A stretch of DNA of 64,000 nucleotides from Schizochytrium sp. TIO01 (lineage: Eukaryota > Protista > Bigyra: Labyrinthulomycetes): NCBI GenBank assembly GCA_004764695.1, contig SMSO01000005.1, positions 930,001 to 994,000 of the forward strand, read 5' to 3'. The position numbers were made by a program, and so were the translations under genes. Positions 20,709 to 32,600 of this stretch are shown here, piece after piece (the first letter of the stretch is position 1; each line of letters starts with the position of its first letter). The notes under the pieces were generated by a model that was not told where the DNA came from, searched no databases, and saw only the letters and a program-made list of their open reading frames with translations.

Positions 20709-22289
20709 ATGGCGGACTACAAGCCCGGCGACCTGACTAAACTGCTCGGGTCCACATGGACCGCGGCAGATGAGGCGCGCGCTGAGATGGAGAAAGCTGC
20801 CCCTCTCGTGTACGAGTCTTCACGGCCTAAGGAAGCCCCGCAGTCCGCTAAAAAGCGCAAGCAGAACCGCCAGGACGAGAATGAGGATGAAGACGAAGAA
20901 GAAATTCCCCGATCTAAGACGCAAAAGGTCTCAGAGAAAACCTCGATTTCCAAGACACCATCGTCCAAGACCTCCAAAGCTAAGACCGAGGTCGTTGAAA
21001 AGAAGATCATTGAAAAGGCAAAGGCTGTGAAAAAAGCAGACTCTGCGAAGTCTGCCAAGAAAAATGCTAAGAAGGAAGACAGTGACGAGGAGCAGAGCGA
21101 CAGCAGCGATGAAGAGGAAGAGGAGGAAGAGAACGAGGATGCTAAGGATGACGAGCTTGCTGCTATGGAAGAGGACTCTGAAGATGAAAGTGACGATGAA
21201 TCTGATGAAGAAGAAGAAAATGATGACGATGATGATGATGATGAGATCGCTGAAGCTCAAGAACCCAAGCAAGTGCAGCCAGAGGTCGCAGAATCAGCAC
21301 CTAGCAAGAAGTCAGGCCATGTAGAAAAGGATGACCCAGAAGTGTCTGCTCGCACAATCTTTGTGGGTAATGTCCCTTTGCTTCTTGAGGACGCCGGTGA
21401 AGAGAAGTCTGCAGACCTGAAACGCCTCAAGGCCGAGCTTCGCAAAGCCTTCACTGCATTTGGAGCGATCGCATCCCTTCGACTCCGATCATTGCCGATT
21501 GAATCTGTGGCGGTGCCACGCAAGTCGAGCTACAAGCTCATGATGAAGGTATCTGCTAGCAAAAACAAGATTGACGTCTCGTCAGGAGCCTCGTGCAACG
21601 CCTACGTTGTCTTTCAGGATGAGACCAGTGCAGAAAAGGCTGCCGAAGAGGCTCATGATATGGAGTTTCACGGGCGTCACCTTCGTGTAGACCGTGTGAG
21701 CTCTTCTGGTGGCGCGCAGGTCACATTCGATCCGAAACGAAGTATTTTTGTCGGTAACGTTCCGACTCGCGTTTCAGACGAGGACGTTCGGAACTTCTTC
21801 GCTCAAGAAGAGGGACTTCGTGTGGCTAATGTTCGTGTTGTTCGTGACCGCAAGTCGCAGCTTGGAAAGGGCATTGCGTTTGTTCTCTTTGAGGAAAACC
21901 GCATGGTCGGTAAGGCTCTTGGACTCAATGGTTCCAAGCTCAATGACCGCCCCTTACGCATTACACCGCTTGGCAAGAACCAAGGCGGTCCTGGAGGTCG
22001 TAATGGCAACAACAACAGCAACAGTAGAGGCGGCCGTGGTGGCAAACAAGTTGGCGGCAACAGGTCTCAAGGCGGACGCCAAAATAACGGCAAGACTGGA
22101 GGCTCCCAGCGTCGCAGCGAAGGCTCATCTTCTGGAGCACCCACACTTGCCTTTCAGGGTGCGCGTGCCACTTTCACAGGAGCTGTTGCTGCTCGGCGTC
22201 GCATCCGCAATAAGGCTAACAAACATCGGTCCCAAGCGCAAAAGAAGAAGTCGAACAGCCGTGCCACTGCCAAGGCATCCCGCAAGTAA
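20709..22289 (+). CDS. RBM34: Nucleolar RRM protein RBM34/Nop12
   Basis: Acidic N-terminus; RRM1 with RTIFVGNVP, FGAIASLRLRS, NAYVVF and GRHLRVDRV; RRM2 with RSIFVGNVP and VRVVRDRKSQLGKGIAFVLF; AFQGARA motif and basic tail. Confidence 0.9.
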   Translation: MADYKPGDLTKLLGSTWTAADEARAEMEKAAPLVYESSRPKEAPQSAKKRKQNRQDENEDEDEEEIPRSKTQKVSEKTSISKTPSSKTSKAKTEVVEKKIIEKAKAVKKADSAKSAKKNAKKEDSDEEQSDSSDEEEEEEENEDAKDDELAAMEEDSEDESDDESDEEEENDDDDDDDEIAEAQEPKQVQPEVAESAPSKKSGHVEKDDPEVSARTIFVGNVPLLLEDAGEEKSADLKRLKAELRKAFTAFGAIASLRLRSLPIESVAVPRKSSYKLMMKVSASKNKIDVSSGASCNAYVVFQDETSAEKAAEEAHDMEFHGRHLRVDRVSSSGGAQVTFDPKRSIFVGNVPTRVSDEDVRNFFAQEEGLRVANVRVVRDRKSQLGKGIAFVLFEENRMVGKALGLNGSKLNDRPLRITPLGKNQGGPGGRNGNNNSNSRGGRGGKQVGGNRSQGGRQNNGKTGGSQRRSEGSSSGAPTLAFQGARATFTGAVAARRRIRNKANKHRSQAQKKKSNSRATAKASRK

Positions 22290-22769
22290 TGATATCCTAG
22301 CTATTCGCCTAGAACTACTACACCTCAAGAAACTACCAAGCAACGAACCACCTTGTGCTCCTGTAACATATGGGAGCCTCTGCTCAAACTGCGTCGCATC
22401 TACTAACCCCATTTTAATAAATTTGCCTTTTGTGTTTTTCTCTTGTCTCACCTTAGCAAACGTATCTACCCCTTCTTGTATCTAGGATGCATGGCCCCTT
22501 TTTCTACAGCGATCACTTCGCTGCTATGGGGGGGGGGGTGCCATTGTCTGTTTATACATTTCAAGTTGCTTAATTTCAAGTTATATCTTGAGACTCCTGG
22601 AGATTAGCGCAGTAACTCTTTGTCAGGCTGATGATAACAATAATAAATTCTATCTTGTCAGTATTTTATCCCTACAAAAACCAACTGAAAGGAGTATGAA
22701 AAATAATCATCTGCCATGAAACCATATATCTCTCTCTATATTATATGTTGTTATTCTTTCAGAAGGTTC

Positions 22770-24803
22770 TTAATCAACATCTTCGTCATTGTTGCTCGCA
22801 TCGCCCTCCTGTTGTTGCTGTTCTTGTTGAGTCTGGCGTCCAGGCAGAAATGCTGCTAAAAGACGCTGCCATATGCTACCATCTGGATCAACATTCTGAC
22901 CATGAAAGCCTTCCTCACCTTGTGCTGCGTCGTCACCTTGCCAGTTACCGAGATCGCCTTCCAAAACTCCGAATGCTTCATCCTCATCGGCGATTACACC
23001 ACCTTCGAATCCAGCCTGCACAGGAGCATTAGCAATATTTGCAGGCTCATTATCGACAACATTCACAGCTCCAACCTCGTCCGCAAACTCGCCAAAACGC
23101 ACTTGCGCATACTGTGCTCGAATCTGCTTGATCTCTGGGGTTAGCTCCTCAGCTGGGAGGTTGAGATCCACATTTGTTGCCTGAAAAGCAAACCAGGTAG
23201 CCACAGAGCCCTGGTTCCCATCGCCAATTGCCGACTTGAAGAGTTCCACGCCCATACGTGCAACAAAAGCATATAGCTTTTCCTCGACGTAAGTTGCACC
23301 AGTGGCAAAATGCGCAGCCTTACATTTCTCAAGTGCAGACTGGACCATAGCATCACTACCAATACTTGAATCTGGATCTGCGTTGCGAAGCGTCGTCACA
23401 ATCTCTACAAGAGCACCTGGAAATTGACGCAATGCCTCTGCAGCAGCTGCCTTAGCCTCCTTCGATCTCTTAGTGCGGTGAAGTGCGATAGCTCGCGTGA
23501 ACCAGATGCCAGGAAGAGCACGGCACTTGGGGCTCAAATCAAATAGAGACAGTACAAAGTCGCTTTGGCCGGCGCGTAGAGCAAGAATATCGAGAGCAAG
23601 AAGAATGAAGCGACGATCCGCTCGCGGGTCAAGGTTATAGAGCGTTTTGGCTAAAGAATATGCACTTGTGTGGCATCCACGTCTGGAAGAAAGCAGCATG
23701 GACTTGAAGAGAGCACGTTCGAAGGTTGCATTCAAGTTTGCGCTCTCACGGTCCGTCGAATCTCCGTTGCGCAGTCGGCACTTTCCCTCCTGAAGAAGTT
23801 CTGGGAAACGAGGATGCAGCCAGCACTCTAGAGTATACAACGCACAGCGAAGCATCATTTCTGCAGTCTCGAGCTGTGACATTTGAACGTACACTTCATA
23901 CATTTGCAGAAGTGCAGGAACATGCCAAGGATGGTACTGTAGAAAAGCAACCACGCGATTTACATCCATACTTGATTGGCAAACTTGATACTCCTGGTGC
24001 GCAGAACGGTAACTTTGCGAGACTTCGAAAGAAAATACCGAGGAGCCATCGGGATCTTCGCCAATTCTGATCATGTGCGCACCGCCGTGTGCTGATGCAA
24101 ACGTGGGGACAACAAATGCCTCATCAGCATTCATGTTGCAGAAGATTGCTTTGTGTGGTTTCGCACTCGCCCCACGCATGCCTTGGCGGCTAGCTGCTGC
24201 GCGCATACCACCAGTCTGTTCACCAGCAGCTGTTCCTGAGCTTGCGGCTGCGCCGTACTTACCGAGCTTCTGTCGCAGTTCATAATCTGGATTAAGCTCC
24301 CTAAAGTTTCGCACAGCAAAGAGGTCTGTCATAGCGTTGTTCTCGATGCCGCTTGATTCCGCAGCAGCGGCCTGAGAAGCTGCCTCCGCTTGTGCTTGAG
24401 CAATGGCTGCCTCAAGAAGCTCTTCCTCAGAAGCTGCTGCAGTCTTTGGTTTTGGCTCTGTACTCTTGGCATTACCGTGCGCTTGGGGGGGCTGTGGAGG
24501 TTTTATTTTCCCCTGATTCAGACTTTGGCTGTCGTTTCTATTCTGGCTTGTCTGATTCTTTTGGCTATTCGTAGTGTTCTTCTCGCTGTCGTCTGAATCG
24601 GAATCTGAGTCGTCCTCGTCTGAATCTGAATCCGAGGCAAGAAATGCGAAACCCTTTGCGACCCCAGCTCTACCATCAGATTCGTCATCTTCGTCGGAAG
24701 CCTCTGCATCAGATTCCTTGTTAGCCTCTGCAAGAGCCTCCTGACGAGCCCTTTGCTTGGCCGCCTCCAGCTCCATGAGCCGCTTCCTCTGCCGCGCCGA
24801 CAT
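22770..24803 (-). CDS. TCF25: TCF25/Rqc1 ribosome quality-control protein
   Basis: MSARQRKRL N-terminus, LNPDYELRQKLG, FSFEVSQSY, HPWHVPALLQM, ALYTLE, RRGCHTSA and LYNLDP match the Tcf25 family pattern. Confidence 0.9.
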   Translation of the reverse strand: MSARQRKRLMELEAAKQRARQEALAEANKESDAEASDEDDESDGRAGVAKGFAFLASDSDSDEDDSDSDSDDSEKNTTNSQKNQTSQNRNDSQSLNQGKIKPPQPPQAHGNAKSTEPKPKTAAASEEELLEAAIAQAQAEAASQAAAAESSGIENNAMTDLFAVRNFRELNPDYELRQKLGKYGAAASSGTAAGEQTGGMRAAASRQGMRGASAKPHKAIFCNMNADEAFVVPTFASAHGGAHMIRIGEDPDGSSVFSFEVSQSYRSAHQEYQVCQSSMDVNRVVAFLQYHPWHVPALLQMYEVYVQMSQLETAEMMLRCALYTLECWLHPRFPELLQEGKCRLRNGDSTDRESANLNATFERALFKSMLLSSRRGCHTSAYSLAKTLYNLDPRADRRFILLALDILALRAGQSDFVLSLFDLSPKCRALPGIWFTRAIALHRTKRSKEAKAAAAEALRQFPGALVEIVTTLRNADPDSSIGSDAMVQSALEKCKAAHFATGATYVEEKLYAFVARMGVELFKSAIGDGNQGSVATWFAFQATNVDLNLPAEELTPEIKQIRAQYAQVRFGEFADEVGAVNVVDNEPANIANAPVQAGFEGGVIADEDEAFGVLEGDLGNWQGDDAAQGEEGFHGQNVDPDGSIWQRLLAAFLPGRQTQQEQQQQEGDASNNDEDVD

Positions 24804-26173
24804 TGGGACTAAAGCAGCAACAAATACAGCGCACCAAAACCTTCTAGTAGTGAAGACTCAATATTAGTGCGAGAAGCAGTCGCCCTCTCGCGAAACGTTC
24901 ACGAGGTCTGCGCTCACGAACTCAGATCGAGCTTGTTCGTATGGTTTTGATTGTGCTCCCAGAATGATCGATTGTAGGAGAAAGACAAGAACGAACACAT
25001 AGAACAAGACACCGTGTATTAATAAAAGCTTTGACCAAGAATAGCAATGATCAACCTTGCTAATACACGTTGTTCATGAGAGTTGCACAATAGTTGTTCT
25101 TTAGTATTCAGGGTAGCTATGAAAAGAACAAATTACATCTAGGCGAAATGAACGCAGCATGGATGACGATGACAATGACCTGGACCTTGGCCTTCCTTCG
25201 AAGAAGCATCGTTTGGACCATTTTCGAAAACTGTTGTCTTGGGAAAACGTTGCTTACATCTAAAAGTATGTAGCCCGGTTTCAGGTTAGTATGAAAGAGT
25301 AGGTAGGTAACCTACTAGGTCTAATTAGAAGCATGTGAAGTAGACAATAACAACTGATTGCCATAATCGTGAACTGCGAAGCTCGTGAAGAGGATATTAG
25401 AATTCATAAATTGAAGAAGCAAGCAGCACTGAATGAGTGCCCTCTGCCCTGGTGGTGTATCTTCGATAGAGGCTTTATGTAGGCAATGTTTCTACTTTAA
25501 CAAAACTTGATTCGGAAACTTAGGAAAGTAAGTCGAGCTTTACCAAACCAAAGAAACTTGTGCAGCCTCTTTCATGACTACTAGCCTTTTCTAAAGTAAG
25601 GTCCAATGCCCTACACTTTTTTCAAATCATACAAATAACTCAAAGTTGAATTACCGCAGAGCTCGCATTTCCCTGGCCATCAGAAAAGCAACGCGAGTTT
25701 ATTAATGATATCCTTAATTATATGGCCTAGAGTAGCTTCAAGGACCAGCAACGTAGCGTGCAAACAAAAAGACTTTGGGCTTGTAGCAATAAATCTTCCT
25801 GTATACTTGAGACAAACTTCTGCATGGAAATAAAACACAAGGCCTAAAATCATGTAACCTACTAACCTTTACGTCAGTTACTCACCCGACTTTAGATGGA
25901 ATTTGGTCTCAATAAGGACTATTACAGCAGGCGAACTTTGCTGTGGTGACTTATATCCAACACATTTAACTTCGTTTTACAATGGTAGACAGCTCCTCCA
26001 AAACAACATCGCAATCAACCTTACTATTGTAAAACGAAGTTAAATGTGTTCGATATAAGTCACCGATACTTCCTAATTTTAATCAAATTTTAATTGTGCA
26101 CATTACAAATATACCCAGATCTCAATCAAGATCGGCCTCACTGCAGAACGGGTTGGCATTACTCGAGGCTGCC

Positions 26174-29107
26174 ATGGAGAGCGAGGAGAAGGCTAACCTA
26201 GCCCCGTCTGACACGATCGAGGCCGCTGAGCGTGTGTGCTGCCGCGCCTCGCTCGCCTCACAGCTATGGCCCGCTCCACTTAGGATAATAGCGTGGGATC
26301 CCCGGAGGACGGCAATTGCATATGCTGCGATAAACGGAGTCTTCGTAGGCGTGGGCGCAACAGTCTCGGGCCTGGCATGGCTTCTCACCACACCGGGGCT
26401 AGTAGTGCTGGTGGTTGTGGCAGTGTATGCAGCGGCTTACAATATCGCAAGGCTCGTGGTCTATCCAGGCGTGATTCCAAACGTGAGACGTGGCCTTGAG
26501 CGCGAAATTGCGCGCGAAATTAGGCGTAACCTCGTACGACACTTGGACGCATATGCCACGCTACTGAAAACTCTGGTGCATGTGCACGTAAAATATTTGC
26601 AGTCCCATACCTCGTTTTCTCCAGGACTAAGTGTGGAGACGATCTCGGGCCCGGTTTTGAAAGAGCGCATGACCCAACTGAGTCGTGTGCGGATGCAGAG
26701 CTGCGTTACTGTGTTTGAGCCGCTTGCAGAGAGCCTGAGGGCAGTAAGAGATGCAGCAAAGGACCGCAAGCTTCTCTACGGTGGTGGGGAACTGCTCGAA
26801 GCTCTAGAGAAGGTAATAGAGTTGGACTCGCTTCTAGAGGAACTCGTGATCTCTCCAGCACTCCACTCGCTGGAAACTAGCGGCGTTGAAGCCTTTGCAA
26901 CAAACATAGCGTCAAGCGTGGAGAGCTTGGGTGGGGATGTGCTTCTCATTTCGAGTGTCGAAACGGTACTTGACTTGCCAGCAATCCAAGCATCGAGACG
27001 AGGAGAAAGCGAACTGCGGGAAGCACCATGGCTTATCTTGGCGGACCTTGCGGCTGCTGTGAAATTTTGCGCGGAACGTACAGTTTCATTTGAGGAGGTC
27101 AAAGATGCTCCTCTAAAAGTAGACGCGGGGCAGGTCTCCCCAGAAGAGCTCGAAATGGGTCTTCGCAGATGCTCTAATGCCAGTATTGTTGAAGAGGACG
27201 AAGAGGACAATGAATCAGCCTCTGTTGGTACCCCAGCCTCGAGAGGCGACTCTGACACAGACACACTTGGAAAATCTGCTTCAGATGTCGAAAGTGACGG
27301 AGAAGATAGAGAGACCACAGCCAAAACTTCTGAGGCTGCTGCTGTCCAGGCTGCCGCTGAAGGAGGGACACTGGCGCTCACGCGTAGTCGACTTTCGGTT
27401 CTGCTCGAAGAGTTCCAAGCAGCACGAAGGCCCATGCCAGCTGTTGCAAACCTTGATTTTATGCGCATCGACTTACAAACTAGAATGAATGGCGAGCAAG
27501 CATGGGTGTCTGGCTACAGAGGTGTACAAATTGATACTATGTTCCTCCCAGCAAAACACTCACGCTTTGCCTCTGATCAACGCACCATCTTGGTTTGCAA
27601 CCCAAACTGTGGCATTTATGAGTTCTCTGCTCTACAAAATCAGTGGATTCATTTTTATACTGACCTCGGTTTTAATGTATTGATTTTCAACTATCGGGGG
27701 TATGGTCGAAGTGAGGGCTGGCCAAGCCCTTACGCATTACAAAAGGATGGTGAAGCACTGATTGACTATCTTAAACGCCGCAAGGGTGTCAAAGATGGCT
27801 GGATTGGCATACATGCGGAGTCTATTGGAGGCGTCGTGGCCTGTTACCTAGCACGCCATGCAGATAAATTTGGAATTTCCTTTCTGGTAGCAGATCGTAC
27901 GCTGTGCGACCTTCCATCAACCGCGACAAGTATGTTGGGGAGCTGGGCAGGAATTGCGATACGGTGCATCGGTTGGCAAGCTGACAACGCGACGAATTTT
28001 CTTCTGGCCCCAAATAGCATTTATCGTGTGTGCACCTGTGATCCAAACGATGAAATCATAGCCAACGCTGCCTCTCTCAAGAGTGGCTCTTCTCGACGTC
28101 TAATTGCAGCTGCGTGCAAACCCATGCCTTCTGCGCGTGATCATGCATATTCTATCTCTTGTGCAGCGGCGCAACTTCTTGGTGCTCCACGAGAAAATAA
28201 TCAACTAGACTTTACATGGGTTCGAGACGCGGAATTTAGTGTATCATTTTCACTTGCATGCATTCGTCTCTTTGAATTTCAGAGGCAACTCGCAATGTCA
28301 CCTCTCCTTCTCCGCAACAGAGGCCTTATAAGCCTTTTGAATGCTGCCGTGCATGTACTTTGGTTTACAGATGGTTGCTGCGGTGAATCGATTGGGAGCC
28401 CCCTGTCCCACTTTTACCATGCGTGGCGCGCATTTAGCCGCCCCGAAAAGGCTTCTCCGGAACAAATCGAAGCCTTGATTACCAAAGCAGCAGCTAACTG
28501 GGTAGATCCCTTCCAAGATTGGTTGGCTAATTTAATGGTCTGGGGGGCTGATTCCCCTCCCGTACATGATCTTGTTCCATCAAAGGAGCTCGCACAGGCT
28601 CGTCGCTCTACTTATACTATCAGAGGCCGACGTGTGGTTTGCGGAGCCTTGCATCCAGTGCCTTTAAATACCACCGAGGACATCTTCCGCGCTTTAAAAG
28701 ACGATGGAGCACTCTTTGGCAATGTGCCTATGAATGTAGATCTTCGAAGCATCTTGACCACAATTAGTGAAGGTCTTACACAAATTGTTGAGCTTCAAGA
28801 GAGTATCAAAGATGTCCGTTCACAAACACGCCAAGAGTCGTCTACTCCTAGCAGTCAAGAAGGATTGACGAGAGATCTAGATGAGTCCTCATTGATAGGT
28901 AATAAAGATGCTACCATCGTCTCACCTTCATCGAGTCCTGCAGTTATCCCACCCTCCGCAACTGATTCGATGGTGCCGAATATGTATCTTCTTCCACTTA
29001 CTTGTGGACACAATGGGCGCATGGGCCCGCCACCTTTACGTGTTCTTAAACGCCACTTAATTCACGCTGGCTGGCTTCCACGTTCAGCTACGTCCTCAAG
29101 CACATGA
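26174..29107 (+). CDS. Membrane-anchored alpha/beta-hydrolase (ABHD-like serine hydrolase)
   Basis: Two N-terminal hydrophobic segments; ILVCNPN, FNYRGYGRSEG.P, nucleophile elbow GIHAESIGG, LVADRT, DEII and a C-terminal CGHNG. First ATG at 26174. Confidence 0.85.
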   Translation: MESEEKANLAPSDTIEAAERVCCRASLASQLWPAPLRIIAWDPRRTAIAYAAINGVFVGVGATVSGLAWLLTTPGLVVLVVVAVYAAAYNIARLVVYPGVIPNVRRGLEREIAREIRRNLVRHLDAYATLLKTLVHVHVKYLQSHTSFSPGLSVETISGPVLKERMTQLSRVRMQSCVTVFEPLAESLRAVRDAAKDRKLLYGGGELLEALEKVIELDSLLEELVISPALHSLETSGVEAFATNIASSVESLGGDVLLISSVETVLDLPAIQASRRGESELREAPWLILADLAAAVKFCAERTVSFEEVKDAPLKVDAGQVSPEELEMGLRRCSNASIVEEDEEDNESASVGTPASRGDSDTDTLGKSASDVESDGEDRETTAKTSEAAAVQAAAEGGTLALTRSRLSVLLEEFQAARRPMPAVANLDFMRIDLQTRMNGEQAWVSGYRGVQIDTMFLPAKHSRFASDQRTILVCNPNCGIYEFSALQNQWIHFYTDLGFNVLIFNYRGYGRSEGWPSPYALQKDGEALIDYLKRRKGVKDGWIGIHAESIGGVVACYLARHADKFGISFLVADRTLCDLPSTATSMLGSWAGIAIRCIGWQADNATNFLLAPNSIYRVCTCDPNDEIIANAASLKSGSSRRLIAAACKPMPSARDHAYSISCAAAQLLGAPRENNQLDFTWVRDAEFSVSFSLACIRLFEFQRQLAMSPLLLRNRGLISLLNAAVHVLWFTDGCCGESIGSPLSHFYHAWRAFSRPEKASPEQIEALITKAAANWVDPFQDWLANLMVWGADSPPVHDLVPSKELAQARRSTYTIRGRRVVCGALHPVPLNTTEDIFRALKDDGALFGNVPMNVDLRSILTTISEGLTQIVELQESIKDVRSQTRQESSTPSSQEGLTRDLDESSLIGNKDATIVSPSSSPAVIPPSATDSMVPNMYLLPLTCGHNGRMGPPPLRVLKRHLIHAGWLPRSATSSST

Positions 29108-29686
29108 GGACAATTAATTGCAGGAGTTGCCGATCCTGGTACTATTTCAGAAACTTGTGAAAGTTTCGGGAATAATTAAGTTCTCGATTATGCCTATACG
29201 CAGAGCTCTAAATTTAGAACTTCATTATACTAAACGACTCCTCCAAGAATGCAAAACCTTCTCATGGTATTAAGTAACCCTACTTTGGTACACTAGGAAA
29301 TCATTTTTTATCACTTCTTTTGTAGCGCTACTTTTGAAAATGCATAACTCTCCTAATGCATGAAGCATATAATCTTGCTATTTACCCCAAATCGGACTTT
29401 TCCCAATCACAGTTACGAAGTCCGCAATATTTTATTGAATAGTATCATACCGTCATACTTGCTCGCTCCGAATCTTAAATTGTAAAAACCACATCAGGTG
29501 CGTTCGAACTCACTACTAGTTTATCTTTCAGGTTTGAGAAGATAATTCATTTGCCCCCAGTAGTTGAATGTTGATTGAACCCTATCCACAAATCTCAAGA
29601 TTTTGATTATATTTTATAATATATGTAGATGAGAATAGAAAGGAAGCTTCTTTTTTATGCATTATACCAACGAAACTTTAAAATTC

Positions 29687-32600
29687 CTATTGAGGTTTGT
29701 CCCATCTGGACTCTTGTGTTTCTCGATGCCAGTAGTATGTGTTACCGGTACTTGGGTCAACAGCCTCAATCCACGGAGAATCTTCCACTGCTACGGCAAC
29801 AGGGATTTGATTTTCCGAATGTTGTGCTGTGTCCAAAACTTGCTGCATTTCTTGTTGTGATTGCTTCGCACTATTTTGTTCTCCGCTTACATCAATGGCT
29901 TCGTCAATAACCACTCGATCACTCGACATCGACGCAATCTCTTGCACTGGTTTATGAGACATTACATCGTTAATTACTTCGAGTTCGTCTTCACTTTCGC
30001 CATCGATATCTCGTAAGGATGTACGCCGGGATTTGCTCTTTTCTTCATCTTCATCATCACTATCAGCTGCCGCCTTCAATTTTGGAGGTAAAACAGCTCG
30101 CAACTCCACACCCATGTGTTTTTGCATTAACCCATCTATTTTCAGAACCGCTTTCTCCCATTTGATCTCAGCCTTGTCCTTATGACGTTGAGCCCAGAGA
30201 GTTGTCTTATCAACCTTGGCAAGAACTTTTCGAGAAATAGAAGCACGTCGACTCTCAACTCCTACCTCCGCTGCAGGTACGCTGCGTGTTTTATGCACTT
30301 TTTCAATCTTTGGCTTAGGATACAGCTGAGTCACATTTACTGAAAATGAAGAATCTATGTGAACTTTGAAAGAGCCTTCTTGCCCTTCTTGATATGTAGC
30401 AATCATGAGAACGTAATGGCCAGGTTGGAGTGTTGCATACATATGTTTTTCATGAGCTCGGTCAGGGTTACCAGTCCATTTCACAAGGTTACGTCGTGAT
30501 AACGAGCTTATTCTCTGGACATGCCGTCCACGTCTTGCATGTGAGCGGATTAGCAGCGCTGCAAACGGCTGAGGTGTTTTGACCATTGAACCATCCTCTT
30601 CAACTTGCGCAATTTTAACATGCAGATCAAGAGGTCGCTGTACATCCAAAACCCACTGAGGGTTACGACGAACCTGTGCCTCTGGATTATGTTTGCTAGG
30701 GAGCCCTGCTGCAGTTCGACCATGCCAGGATCCCTGAAAGGTAGCAACGCGCCATATACGAGGATCAAAGTAATGGCAAACATACAGCGAGCGGAATGTG
30801 AGACAAAAGTCGTCAAAGCTCATCCAGAACGTTCCATCACTATCGTCATTTGTCCAGCCAAGTTTTTGCTTCAAGCGTGTTGTCCAAAGTGGCGAGTCGT
30901 CCCCCCAATCTCCTTTCCACTCTGACTGTGCACCAGGCGGATTACGTAGTTGCAATAGCTTATGGCCATCAACAGAACGAACTTGATAAATTGCATAAAT
31001 TCCACCAAGGACTAAGCCTGAGTCCATCATTTCTGCATTTGCTGCATTGTTAGCAATACTTCCTGCTCCCATCAAGAAACCATTGCGAGCGTATCTTTGA
31101 AGCTTCTCCCACAGCCGAATACGAGCTGGACCTTGTGTAGCTTGTAATAGAAAGATCTCTTCAGAATTGAAACCAGTCAGTGTTTTAAGTGCATGATGCA
31201 CATATCCATTTTCTAGCATTGTGTACGTGCCAAATGATTTAGCATAAGCTTTTTCTAACAGCGATACCCACATTTCCTCAAACTTCAAACTGTGGCTGAT
31301 AGCTGCCCCTGCATTCTGCTCCGTCTTAAGCCTGTCCAGTAACATAGGAAACTGATCATCTACCACAATGAGATGCCATTGAGAGTTCTTGTATAATCGA
31401 ATTGCATATGCACCCGTATCATTTCTCGTCTTTGTAATGAAGAGATTATCAATCAGAGGATCAACTTCGTCATCGCCGACAGAGCCCGAGGCAGCTAGAA
31501 TGGCGACGGCTGAGAGAAACCATCCATTATGGAGGATTCCCTGAGCAACATCATCAGGGTCTGTGCCACCACTGAAGATCTCAACGCTAGGATTGATTGC
31601 ACGTGCGCGGGCCCAGCCATCCAAATATGCTTCGTTGGCTATACCAGCAACGGATTCTTGTCCGGCAGGAAACTTAGGGTCGTCGAACATTGAAACCTCA
31701 ATCTCCATTCCGTCAAGTTTAACGGGCTTTGTGTCTTTACCGGCTGCAATTTCAGAAAGTATCTCCCTTGCATTTACAACGAGAACGGGCTCATCAAGAG
31801 TACTTTCGTCAAGCTTGCCAGATGCTTCTCGCTTTGCTTTGCGCTCTGCAAACTCTTCAAGCTGCTTACGGCCTGCCTCATAATCAAATTGTGTAGCCCA
31901 GTCTTCCAGCTGTTTAGCATGCTCAGCTAATTGCTCATCTTCAGACATCCTCTGAGCTTCTGCGGTAGCGACTTCCTTTCCGAATACATCTTTGAGCGCA
32001 TAAAATCTTTCCCGTTGCTCTGGTGAAAGACGAAGGAGCCACAGAGCAACAAGTGTTACATCAACAGTGGCCCATGATTTAGACTTGAAAATATTCTTTG
32101 GGGGCTCAATTTTATTTGCAAGAAGCTTAAAGCGGTACTCACGCAGAAAGCGCTGAAAAAGAATTGCCTCTTTCGATTTGCGACCTTCACTTGCAACAAC
32201 TACAAGCATTTGTAGCAAAACGTTGGCGCGCATTTCTTCATGATATTCCCTCGCAAGAGCTGCATCAAGTTTCGGCAGTTGAAGATAAAGCTTCCATGAA
32301 TCAAGCATCTCGACCTGTTCAAAGTCATCGTCATCACCAGCAGTTGTGCTCTCAGACAAATCTTCTGCGTGAGGGTCTGAATTAAAGGTATAACTTTCAA
32401 CCCATTTAGGATTCAGGGTCTTCTTTATCACGGACGTGTGAAAGGCATCCATTCCGCATTTTACAACACAAAATGGATCACTAGATCCATTCCGATCAGC
32501 TGCGCGCAGTCCCTTTGCTGACACTACAGTTACTTGTAAGCTTGCTTTTGATGCTTTCAGTCCATAATCATGAACAGAATCCGATAGGAGCAGAGCGAGT

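Noticed and set aside
18719-25263. Similar acidic + P.KKHRL mini-ORFs near 18720 and 25160
   Set aside because: The match is only a few codons long and consistent with chance.
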